A stretch of 64,000 nucleotides of DNA from Massalongia carnosa. Its lineage: Eukaryota. The DNA lies in the NCBI GenBank assembly GCA_965645245.1, contig OZ287075.1:2170001-2234000 (forward strand). The letters run 5' to 3'. The position numbers and the translations under genes were made by a program. Numbering within the stretch: the first letter of the stretch is position 1; every line of letters starts with the position of its first letter. Positions 37,560-47,879 of this stretch are shown here, piece after piece. A model generated the notes under the pieces. That model searched no databases and had not been told where the DNA came from. It saw only the letters and a list, made by a program, of their open reading frames with translations.

Positions 37560-38083
37560 TGATGAGTGTGGCCCCTTGAGTTGCAATCACCTGATCCAGA
37601 ATCACGATACGGGAACGAGGTCCTAGAGCCGAGATGATATTAAGGAGAATCGTGCGGGCGTGCTCGTCAGGTCAGTCATGCAAGACGTGGCGAAAGAGGA
37701 ATACATTTGCATCTACTCCGCAATGGGGAAGGGTCAGCCTGCGGTCATGAGTTGGGGCAACGGTCAGATTCCCGAGAGATGGCATCAGCATCAAGGTGAG
37801 TCGTTAATCTTGCCAGCACGGGTGACTAATCTTTCACTGGCTGAGAGGTGAAGAAATCATAAGCCATGCCCTCAACCCCTTCAATGTTGCCAAGGCCCTG
37901 GATTACCGCCAGAACATTTTGGGAAATCATACGTCCCTTCAGGTCGGGCCGGTGCGCCTGAAAGTTGCGGACCACTGTTCCTTGCCCACCTCCTACATCA
38001 ACAATCAGCACCTCCGCGCTGACGTCGCCGGACGGGTCGGTGTTGATAGGAAAGAGAGACGAAATGGCGGTTTGGGTGCTATC
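37560..38083 (-). pseudogene. O-methyltransferase, C-terminal SAM-binding half
   Basis: VLIVDVGGGQG, MAYDFFTSQPVK and VFLFRHVLHD*PDEHARTIL (HDW mutated to stop). Begins at the CTATC adjoining the LTR. Confidence 0.85.
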
Positions 38084-41000
38084 TGTTGAATGTTAGATGA
38101 TGAGGTCACCATCATCATGGGCATCCATCATGAGCCTCGGGAGGTGCCTTGCAAAGTGCCTAAACAAGCAGAGATGAGAGACAAGGTCTGACCGTCAGGG
38201 GGACAAGGTCTGACCTCCTAGATGTGACTGTTTTGTGACTGCTATATAAAGCAGACAAATAGCCCACATAGCTAATCACCTTCAATGACAATCATGCTAC
38301 TATACCTACAAAGTGAATTTATATTTCATAGGTTATGAGCCCGGCTCACTTCTACTACGTTTGAATAAGCCCCTACATTGATTGTCAAACAAACTCACCT
38401 CCACCTCTTCCACCTACCTCATTCTATATTATATATATATATTCCTTTTCATATCCCACTTCAAAATCCAAGCAACCAAAGGGACCCTCTTTTTTCCCCG
38501 CTCAGTAACCCCTACTCCTAAGCACGATGGCCAAAGGTGAGAGTCTATACACATTCCCAAAGCTAATGGGGAGTGGAAACTATAAGAAATGGTCCAGAGA
38601 CATGGCCTTCGCCCTGCAGGAGGCGGAACTTTGGAACTACGTGACTGGTGCTCGAAAAATGCCTCGAGAAATTCCCCCTCCACCTCAAAAAGCTGATGAG
38701 ACACCCCCGGAGGAAACAGAGGAACAGCTAGAAAAGCGGGACAAACGGGACCTTGAACGCCTAGAGTTCTCGGAGAAACAAAGGAGAGTAGTTGGTAAAA
38801 TAGGCAAGATGTGCACAGATGACGTGCAACAGGAATTCTTGTCGATGAGAGACCTAGCCAGTGGGGGCATCTGGGACCCGAAGGACCTTTGGGAACACCT
38901 GAAAACCCGATACACCCTCAGAAATTGGAGTGCGAAATGGAGCACATTCAACCGGCTGGAGGAGATAAACTATGAAAAATGCAAGACCATCGAGGAGTAT
39001 GGTAGCCTAGTCAGGGATATCAAGGCCGAAATCACCGACATGGCCCTGACCGTTGAGCACATTGTAGTGCTCAAACTCCTCAATGGACTCGGCAGTTCAT
39101 TCAACACCTACCTGACCTTCCTGAACGAACAAGCTCGGCGGGAGTACAAATTCTCGGCGTTGGATGACTTACTAAAAAACCTGGAGGACGAGGAGGCTCG
39201 TATGCGCCAGGACCCTGTCGCCGTAGCTAACATGCTGAAGGCAAAGGGGAAGAAGAACCCCACCGAACAGGGTAAGACCAAATACAAATGCTGTGGTTAT
39301 AATCACTCCGGAAAATGCAGGCATAGCAACGCTACATGTAGGAAGTGTAGTAAGATTGCCCATCTGGAACGCGTTTGTGAAAGCAAAGAAGGTAATGAAA
39401 CCTCAAACCCCCAAATAGTTTGTACAATAAGGGAATGTTCCGGGAAAAGAACCCAGGAAACACCGCTTATTTGTATGGCAAATCTGTACCGAGGTCCCAA
39501 GAATGCCCACGATCTATTGATCGACTCCGGTGCCACCGCACACATTATATGCAATAAAGATCTCTTTCAAGAAGGGACCTTTCGGAGCGAAAATAGCTGT
39601 TTAGAAACAGGTTCCGGAGAGGTGTTATCGACAGAGGGGAAAGGCTCTCTACTCGTATCACTGGACAATGGAAATGGAGGTGTAACGGATCTCATTTTGA
39701 CCAACGTCCTTTTCGCCCCCGACCTAAAATTCAACCTCATCAGCACAATACAACTCGGCAAAAAGGGCATATCTACGTACCTGATGGCGGATGACAAGCC
39801 CGCTCAACTGGTGCATAAAGGAAAGGTGGTTGGACTGGCCAAAACAATAAATAATCAGTGTGTTTTGCAGACAACCACTATTAGCCCTACCGAAGCACGG
39901 GCCCTCACCACCACAAACGGTACAAAGGCCCCTATCCAAACATGGCACGAACGACTCGGCCATCTCAGCTACCCAAACCTCCTAAAATTAAATCATTTAG
40001 CCAATGGAGTCACCATCGAAGGACCCATACCAGAAGAAGTATGCGGCTCATGCATGATGGGAAGACAACAGCGGAAAATAAATCGCACTCCACGAACCCG
40101 AGCAACAGAATTTCTCGGAATAGTGCATAGCGACTTAGGGGGACCATTTCCACTGACAAGGTTCGGTGAACGTTTTTATGCTACGATGAAAGACGACTCC
40201 TCCGGGGTAGTGTGGATCTACCTGCTGAAAACAAAGGGTCAAACCTTCGAATGTTTTAAGAAGTTCAAGACATGGATAGAAAATCAATCGGGAAAGAAAA
40301 TAAAGAGACTCCGAGCTGATGGAGGAGGGGAGTACACCAGTGGTGACTTCCAGGAAGTCCTAAAGAGTGAAGGCATCCAGTGGGAGGCCCGGGCACCAAA
40401 TGTGCCAGAACAGAATGGGAAGGCCGAAAGGCAAAATTATACCCTCATGGTCCCCACTCGGTCCATGATGAAGGCTAAAAAGCTCCCAAAGTCCCTTTGG
40501 GGGGAGGTCCTGAAGACGGCCGGGTACATCAAGAATAGAAGTCCCGGGGTCGACGAGGTCACTCCATATGAACGCATGAATAATGCGAAACCCTTCCTCG
40601 GCCACATGAGAACGGTCGGGGCTAGGACGTGGGTACATATCCCAAAAGAGAAGCGCAAGAAGCTGGACGATAGGTCCTGGCAGGGGATATTGGTTGGGTA
40701 TGAAGGAAACAATCAGTATCGAATTTACGATCCTCTCACTGGAAAAGTCCATGTTTGTCGCGATATCACCGTCGACGAAGGTAATATATATGATTCCAAG
40801 GACAAAAAGGCCTGGGACCTAGCCGACATTCCATGGGAGGGAGACGATGATGCTTTGTTTGATGACCCAGATGATTTTGTTGATGAAAACAAAAGTCATA
40901 ATCCGCCATCTTCGTTGTCTCCGAAAACTCCGAGCTCTGAAATATCGAGAAGTTCGGAAGTTCAAAATGAAACGGCCCCACCAGCACCACGGATAGTGCT

Positions 41001-42200
41001 ACATCCAATGGGAGTAAATGCTTCGGGGGGAGGCCGAGAAGAGGAGAATGGGGGGGAGAGTGACTCCGATGAAGTGGAGGACATTCCTCGCCAGCCCATC
41101 GAACCTCGAAGATCTGGACGAATAAGGGTCCCCAGTCAAAGAGCACTGGAGAACATTCGTCCCAGCATCAACACCGTATTCAGTTCAAACCAGGTCCCGA
41201 AATCCCATGAGCACATGGTGCGGGTGCTAGCAACCCTGGCAGGAGGCGAGGACAATGAGGGCCTCGATGATCCTTTGACACTGAAAGAGGCTATGTCCTC
41301 ACCCCACTGGGATCAATGGAGAAAGGCCATGGAGACCGAGTATCAATCGCTAGTGGAGAATGAAACTTGGACACTAGAAAGGGCACCGACTGATCGAAAG
41401 GTGATCACCGGTCGCTGGGTGTTCAAAGTAAAGAAAGACAGAGATGGTAAAGTACTGAAGTACAAAGCGAGATGGGTAGTTCATGGCTATAAACAAAAGG
41501 AAGGCCTGGACTACCTCGACACCTTTGCCACAGTGGTAAAACCAGTCTCTTATAAGGCATTGATGGGAATCAGTGTAAAGAAGGGACTGTCCATTCATCA
41601 CATAGATGTGGTCACTGCTTTCCTGTATGGCTTCCTAGATGAAACCATATATGTCATACAACCCACCTTGTTCGAAAAAGGGGAGAACAAGGTCTGCTTA
41701 CTACGAAAGGCCCTATATGGCCTAAAACAATCACCTCGTGTATGGTACCAGACCCTGCAAGATTTTCTGCAAAAGATGGGGTTTAAACGAACATATTCTG
41801 ATCATGGAGTCTTTGTTGTCATGGAGTGACTGGGCACCTGCCAGTTAGTTCATTGAATCAACCTTAGCTGCTTGAACGAAGCACTAGCCGGTTAGCCGAT
41901 CCGAAAGGAACTAAGCTTAATCCGGTTCAAAGGTAAGTGTTCCGACTATCAATAGTGTCATGGCGATAGTTTCATGCTAGGGACTTAGGGAAATTGGATC
42001 AACGGCTGGATTGGGACTAGTTCCGTTCGCCAGAGTCTTATACTCGCCCACGTTGGATTTTCTGTTTCTTTTCTCCTTGTCGAACGTCTTGTCCACCTAG
42101 CTAGACAATCAAGTAACACGTTTGCACCACCTGAATTCCTACCTGACCTCGCACCGTGACACTACGTTCGACCTGCCTATTCACCTGGTGCATCACCATC

Positions 42201-43355
42201 ATGTCCATCAACCTCGACCCCCCTATCTCCGTTTCCAACGCCGACGAACTGAGAACTGCCGTGCAGCAACAGCCACAGGCATGGCTCGAGTTCCTTCTTC
42301 GCGTCACCAACTTCTCGGCCAATGCTCAGGAACTTATCACCACTTTAGAGACCGACAAAGCAACTGCACTATCTTCCCTTGAGCAGGTTAACATCACTCT
42401 GTCCGAGAATGCAATCACCATGGCCGCTGGACAAGCTGTCATAGACGAACTTCGCACCAATCTGATCGATGCCTCGCAGTCTAAGTCACATCGTTCTACC
42501 AAACATCCGGACCCATCTTCCTTTGGTGGCGATAAGGCAGAACTTCGGGGATGGATGACGCAACTCCGAATAAAGCTGAACATCAACAAGGACCACTATC
42601 CCACCGAGCAAAGCAAGCTCGCTTATGCACTAAGCCGCTTGAAGGAGAGAGCATTGGAACAACTGCAGCCGTACCTGGAAAAAGATGGAAATATCGCTCT
42701 TGTCGATATGGAAGCGTTTTATACAAAATTGCAATTGGCCTTCGGTGACCCCGATAGAAAAGCGACAGCACAAAGGGAACTGCGACAGCTTCGACAAAAG
42801 AATAAAGAGTTCTACCTATACCTATCAGATTATCAACGTCTCGTTCCAGACACAGGCTTCGATGATGAAGCCAAGCGATCCATTCTCCTAGATGGTCTCA
42901 GTGATGAGTTGAAATCTGCTCTCATCACGGTTGACCTACCCCCGTCGTTGGACGACACCATACAAGTTCTCCAGAAAATTGATAATCGATTCCGTTCCGT
43001 CCAGGCCTCAATCCGCAAACCATTTTCATATGGTTCATCTCGCTCTTCCTCCGCCCCGTCCACCCCGACTACCAAGACCTCTTCCACCTCCACCTTCAGC
43101 ACTCCCGCTCCTAGGCCCGCAATCACCCCATCCGCAGACACGGACGCCATGGACCTGTCGACCTCCAGGCGTCGCGGTCCCATCACCCCGGCGGAAAGAT
43201 CACGCCGCATGAACGAAGGACTATGCATGTACTGTGGAGGATCAGGACATTTCGCCAATTCCTGCCCAGCCTCCAAGGGAAAACCTAGAGTGAGGACATA
43301 TGAACTGAGCACGGTGACTTCGGAAGAGGAGGGAAAAGTTCAGTCTTCGGCCTAA
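42201..43355 (+). CDS. gag: Gypsy Gag
   Basis: Retrotransposon gag domain, DAMDLS motif, CMYCGGSGHFANSC knuckle. First ATG at 42201. Confidence 0.9.
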   Translation: MSINLDPPISVSNADELRTAVQQQPQAWLEFLLRVTNFSANAQELITTLETDKATALSSLEQVNITLSENAITMAAGQAVIDELRTNLIDASQSKSHRSTKHPDPSSFGGDKAELRGWMTQLRIKLNINKDHYPTEQSKLAYALSRLKERALEQLQPYLEKDGNIALVDMEAFYTKLQLAFGDPDRKATAQRELRQLRQKNKEFYLYLSDYQRLVPDTGFDDEAKRSILLDGLSDELKSALITVDLPPSLDDTIQVLQKIDNRFRSVQASIRKPFSYGSSRSSSAPSTPTTKTSSTSTFSTPAPRPAITPSADTDAMDLSTSRRRGPITPAERSRRMNEGLCMYCGGSGHFANSCPASKGKPRVRTYELSTVTSEEEGKVQSSA

Positions 43356-43370
43356 GTCGCGGCCGAAGAC
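43331..43370 (+). promoter_or_regulatory. Predicted -1 ribosomal frameshift signal
   Basis: Heptamer G GGA AAA in the gag frame, 5-nt spacer, 10-bp perfect hairpin GTCTTCGGCC/GGCCGAAGAC. The -1 frame is open into pol. Confidence 0.8.
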
Positions 43371-46300
43371 AAAAAGAAACTATTTCGATTTCGGCATTTT
43401 CCTTGTCCAAAGAACCTCTATCCGAAGAATATTTGGATGGAAGGCATTTGGTTGTGTCTCTTGTTGTTTCCATAGGAACAATCAGAATCAAGACTTATGC
43501 ATTGATTGATTGTGGAGCATCTGGATTTGCCTTTGTTGATTCCTCGTTCGCGCACCATCATCGCATACCCCTCGCCCTCATGAAGAACCCTCGTATTCTT
43601 GAACTCGCAGACGGCCGTCCCGTGTCGTCTGGAAAGCTTACTCACCTCGCCCGTCTGAACCTTGACATCGCCTCGCATTCCGAACCCGCTAACCTTCTCG
43701 TCACCAGCCTCGGTCACTATCCCATCGTTCTCGGCATTAAATGGCTGCAAATTCACGACGTCAGCATACGATGGGCCATGAACTCTCTCACTTTCAACTC
43801 ACCTTACTGCCGTCAGCACTGTCTTGACAACTCCGAGTCAAACACGGTCATCGGCATAACCAACGTTCCAGAACTCCGCGCTGAAAAACCCCTCGTAGTT
43901 GAAAGCAGCGCTAGTACCGACTTGACTGCTGCAATCACCGAAGACCCTAGTCCCGAAGCGGTTAGATTTAACAGGCCCGGCCGGTTAAATCGGCGCGTTA
44001 ATTCAAAATCGATCGCGATCGCCGCCTCGCCCATCTTGCCTCCGACCTTGCCCGTTTCGCCTATCTTGCCTTGGACTTCACCCGTCCCGTCCCTGCTCGT
44101 TCCGCCGCCGACCCATAAGAATCCACCATTGAGCATATGTATGATAGGGGCAGCCCCCTTTACCCGTCTAGCGAAGAAGAAGGAGTGTGAACTCTTTACC
44201 GTGAACATGAGAGACATTGAACATTCCTTGAACCCTAAGCCGGAAGTTGATCCCGCTACAGTGTTGCCATCGGAATATCATGAATTTCTTGATGTATTTT
44301 CCAAGAAAGAAGCTGATAAACTTCCGGGGCGACGTAGCCATGATCATAAAATTCCGTTGATGAATGGAAAGGAACCCACGTATGGCCCGTTATATGGCAT
44401 GAGTCGAGATGAACTGTTAGTTCTACAGAAGTATCTGACGGAAAACCTGAAGAAGGGTTTTATTCGGTCCAGTTCTTCCCCTGCTGCGTCCCCGGTGTTG
44501 TTCGTTAGGAAACCAGGCGGAGGCCTGCGTTTTTGTGTTGATTACAGAGCATTAAATGCGATAACGATCAAGAACAGATACCCCCTACCTTTGATCAGAG
44601 AAACCTTGGACCGCTTGAGTAAAGCAGTTATCTTTACTAAGTTGGATATTGTCGCGGCCTTCAACCGTCTCCGTGTAGCTCATGGAGAGGAATGGAAGAC
44701 TGCCTTTCGAACACGCTATGGATTATATGAATATCTCGTCATGCCGTTTGGACTCTGTGGAGCCCCATCTTCGTTTCAGGAGTACATTAATGATGTGCTT
44801 CGTGAATATCTAGACATCTTCTGCACCGCGTACATCGATGACATATTGATTTACAGCAATTCCCTGAAAGAACACAAGGATCATGTGAGAAAAGTGCTGA
44901 TGGCCTTACAAAAGGCCGGATTACAACTCGACATCTCAAAGTGTGAATTCCATGTCACGGAGACCATTTACTTAGGGTTAATAATATCCAAAGATGGTAT
45001 AAGAATGGACCCTAAGAAAATTGAAACTATTCAGAATTGGAACACCCCCGAGAACCTCAAGGACGTGCAGGCCTTCATAGGATTCGCGAATTTCTATCGT
45101 CGATTTGTCAAGGGTTTCTCTCGTATAGCCGGACCATTGACTGCTATGTCAAAAAAGAAGATACCATTCGTATGGACCGATGACTGCGCCAAGGCCTTCG
45201 AAGATCTGAAGGCTATGTTCACTAGTGACCTTGTTTTGCTGCATTTTGACCCTGATAAGGAAAGCGTGGTTGAAACTGACTCTTCCGATTATGTCAATGC
45301 CGGAGTCCTCTCACAGTATGATGACGATGGAGTCCTTCGCCCCGTAGCCTTTTTCTCGCGACGTTTGTCACCGGCAGAGTGCAATTACGAGATTTATGAT
45401 AAAGAACTGTTAGCCATAATACGTGCCTTCGAGGAATGGAGACCAGAACTTCAGGGAGCCGCCTACCCGGTCAAGGTAATCACTGATCATAAAAACCTGG
45501 AGTATTTCACCACCACCAAGCAGCTAAGCAGGCGACAGGCCCGCTGGGCAGAATATCTCTCACGTTTCGACTTCAAAATCACGTATCGACCCGGCAAATT
45601 AGGCGGAAAACCTGACGCTTTGACTAGAAGATCAGGAGATCTTCCTAAAGAAGGGGACGTGAGACTAGAACATCAGAATCAGGTGGTATTAAAACCGCAT
45701 AATTTTGAACTTCATGCTAACAACGTGCCTCGTGTGACTGACGTGTCCGACTCTGAACCTGACATCGCACCTGACATCGCACCTGACATCGCCATTGAAC
45801 CATCGAATCTCGCCCCTGCCCTCGACTCGGAAGACAAATCTATAGACGAACTCATTGATCTAGGATATGAACATGACCCCACGCCTAACAAAATCCTGAC
45901 CCTTCTCCGAAACGGTGCTCGACACAGCAAGGACATCACCCTAGCCGAATGCGAAGACAGGAATGGAAGACTATACTACAAGGAAAGGCTTTATGTCCCT
46001 GATTGGCATGAACTAAAAATGAGACTATGCAAGGAATATCACGACAGCCCAGTCGCCGGCCATCCAGGCAGATCTAAAACATTTAGTCTGATGGCGCGAG
46101 ACTACTACTGGCCCCGATATCATCAGTTCATTGCTCGCTATGTTCAACACTGTCATACATGCTCTCGCAGTAAAGCTTCCCATCATGCCAAGTACGGAGT
46201 GTTAAAACCTTTGCCCGTTCCCCAACAACGATGGAAGGACATATCTATGGATTTCGTTACCGGCCTACCCGAAAGTAGTGATAAAAACGCCGTGCTAAGC

Positions 46301-47320
46301 GTTGTTTGTCGACTAACCAAGATGAAGCACTTTATTCCCTGCAGAGAAACCACCGACGCTAAGGCCTTGGCTAGACTATACGTTGAACATGTCTGGAAAC
46401 TTCATGGCCTACCCGACTCCATTGTGTCGGATCGAGGAGGCCAGTTCATAGCTGACTTTTGGAAAGCACTATGTGAACGACTAAGGATCAACAGTCGGTT
46501 ATCTACGTCGTTTCACCCGGAAACTGACGGTCAAACGGAACGTTATAATGCAGTCATGGAACAATACCTCAGAAGCTATGTGTCTTATCAACAAGATGAT
46601 TGGACCGACTGGCTACCCATGGCTGAATTCGCTAGTAATAACTCCGACTCCGAGACAACGTCCGTCAGCCCATTCCTTGCCAACTATGGTTTCCACCCCC
46701 GTCTTGGTTTTGAACCTGTTCATCGCGACTCCCCCAATGCCTATGTCATTAGCGCTGACGAATTTGCTTTCAAAATGGAAAGTATCAGTGAACACCTCGG
46801 CGACGAAATGCGCCTAGCTCAAGCACGTTACGAAGCATCTGCTAATGCAAGTAGGACCCCGGCTCCTATGTTTCAGATCGGTGACGAGGTCTGGTTGGAC
46901 GCTCGACATATAAAGACCAAACGGCCATCGCGAAAGTTGGACTGGAAAAAGCTTGGAAGGTTCACTATAAAGAAAGTTGTCAGCAAGTACGCATACGAGT
47001 TAGACCTTCCCGCCTCCATGAACGTTCATCCTGTGTTCCATGTCTCCCTCCTAGAACCTGTCTCTCAACACCCCCACGTCGGCCACATACCCGCTCCTTC
47101 CCCTCCTGTCGAAGTTGAAGGTGAAACGGAGTGGGAGGTCGAGGAAATTTTGGACTCTCGTTTCTTCCGAAGACGTTTACAGTACCTAATCAAGTGGACT
47201 GGTTGGGACGCACCCGACTGGACCGAAGCTAAGGACGTCACCCACTGCTCCGACCTATTGGAAGACTTTCATCGACTGAGGCCTACCAAGCCCGGTGGTC
47301 CTCGCGGAGCTCGGACCTAA
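43331..47320 (+). CDS. pol: Gypsy Pol (PR-RT-RNase H-IN-chromodomain)
   Basis: ALIDCGAS, YIDDILI, ETDSSDY, HPETDGQTER and the chromodomain WEVEEILDSR..YLIKWTG. Confidence 0.95.
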   Translation, partial: GKSSVFGLSRGRRQKETISISAFSLSKEPLSEEYLDGRHLVVSLVVSIGTIRIKTYALIDCGASGFAFVDSSFAHHHRIPLALMKNPRILELADGRPVSSGKLTHLARLNLDIASHSEPANLLVTSLGHYPIVLGIKWLQIHDVSIRWAMNSLTFNSPYCRQHCLDNSESNTVIGITNVPELRAEKPLVVESSASTDLTAAITEDPSPEAVRFNRPGRLNRRVNSKSIAIAASPILPPTLPVSPILPWTSPVPSLLVPPPTHKNPPLSICMIGAAPFTRLAKKKECELFTVNMRDIEHSLNPKPEVDPATVLPSEYHEFLDVFSKKEADKLPGRRSHDHKIPLMNGKEPTYGPLYGMSRDELLVLQKYLTENLKKGFIRSSSSPAASPVLFVRKPGGGLRFCVDYRALNAITIKNRYPLPLIRETLDRLSKAVIFTKLDIVAAFNRLRVAHGEEWKTAFRTRYGLYEYLVMPFGLCGAPSSFQEYINDVLREYLDIFCTAYIDDILIYSNSLKEHKDHVRKVLMALQKAGLQLDISKCEFHVTETIYLGLIISKDGIRMDPKKIETIQNWNTPENLKDVQAFIGFANFYRRFVKGFSRIAGPLTAMSKKKIPFVWTDDCAKAFEDLKAMFTSDLVLLHFDPDKESVVETDSSDYVNAGVLSQYDDDGVLRPVAFFSRRLSPAECNYEIYDKELLAIIRAFEEWRPELQGAAYPVKVITDHKNLEYFTTTKQLSRRQARWAEYLSRFDFKITYRPGKLGGKPDALTRRSGDLPKEGDVRLEHQNQVVLKPHNFELHANNVPRVTDVSDSEPDIAPDIAPDIAIEPSNLAPALDSEDKSIDELIDLGYEHDPTPNKILTLLRNGARHSKDITLAECEDRNGRLYYKERLYVPDWHELKMRLCKEYHDSPVAGHPGRSKTFSLMARDYYWPRYHQFIARYVQHCHTCSRSKASHHAKYGVLKPLPVPQQRWKDISMDFVTGLPESSDKNAVLSVVCRLTKMKHFIPCRETTDAKALARLYVEHVWKLHGLPDSIVSDRGGQFIADFWKALCERLRINSRLSTSFHPETDGQTERYNAVMEQYLRSYVSYQQDDWTDWLPMAEFASNNSDSETTSVSPFLANYGFHPRLGFEPVHRDSPNAYVISADEFAFKMESISEHLGDEMRLAQARYEASANASRTPAPMFQIGDEVWLDARHIKTKRPSRKLDWKKLGRFTIKKVVSKYAYELDLPASMNVHPVFHVSLLEPVSQHPHVGHIPAPSPPVEVEGETEWEVEEILDSRFFRRRLQYLIKWTGWDAPDWTEAKDVTHCSDLLEDFHRLRPTKPGGPRGART

Positions 47321-47879
47321 AAGGGGAGCTGGTGTCATGGAGTGACTGGGCACCTGCCAGTTAGTTCATTGAATCAACCTTAGCTGCTTGAACGAAGCAC
47401 TAGCCGGTTAGCCGATCCGAAAGGAACTAAGCTTAATCCGGTTCAAAGGTAAGTGTTCCGACTATCAATAGTGTCATGGCGATAGTTTCATGCTAGGGAC
47501 TTAGGGAAATTGGATCAACGGCTGGATTGGGACTAGTTCCGTTCGCCAGAGTCTTATACTCGCCCACGTTGGATTTTCTGTTTCTTTTCTCCTTGTCGAA
47601 CGTCTTGTCCACCTAGCTAGACAATCAAGTAACACGTTTGCACCACCTGAATTCCTACCTGACCTCGCACCGTGACATTTGTATCGGACGATATCTTTAT
47701 AGCGATTTACGTTGACGACCTTCTCGTCTTCGGAAAAGACACTTCAAATTGCAGCAATTGCAACACGAATTGAAGTCCCGTTTCCGCATGACGGACTTGG
47801 GAGAAGTCTCCCATTATCTGGGAATCGAAGTCGATGTCAACATCGAAAAATCGGTTATAACTCTTCGACAAACAACCTA

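Larger units (their letters stand above)
41817..47677 (+). mobile_element. Intact Ty3/Gypsy chromovirus; 345-bp LTRs (41817-42161, 47333-47677), TSD TTTGT
   Basis: LTRs appear identical, PPT AAAAGGGGAG, TSD at 41812 and 47678. Confidence 0.97.
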
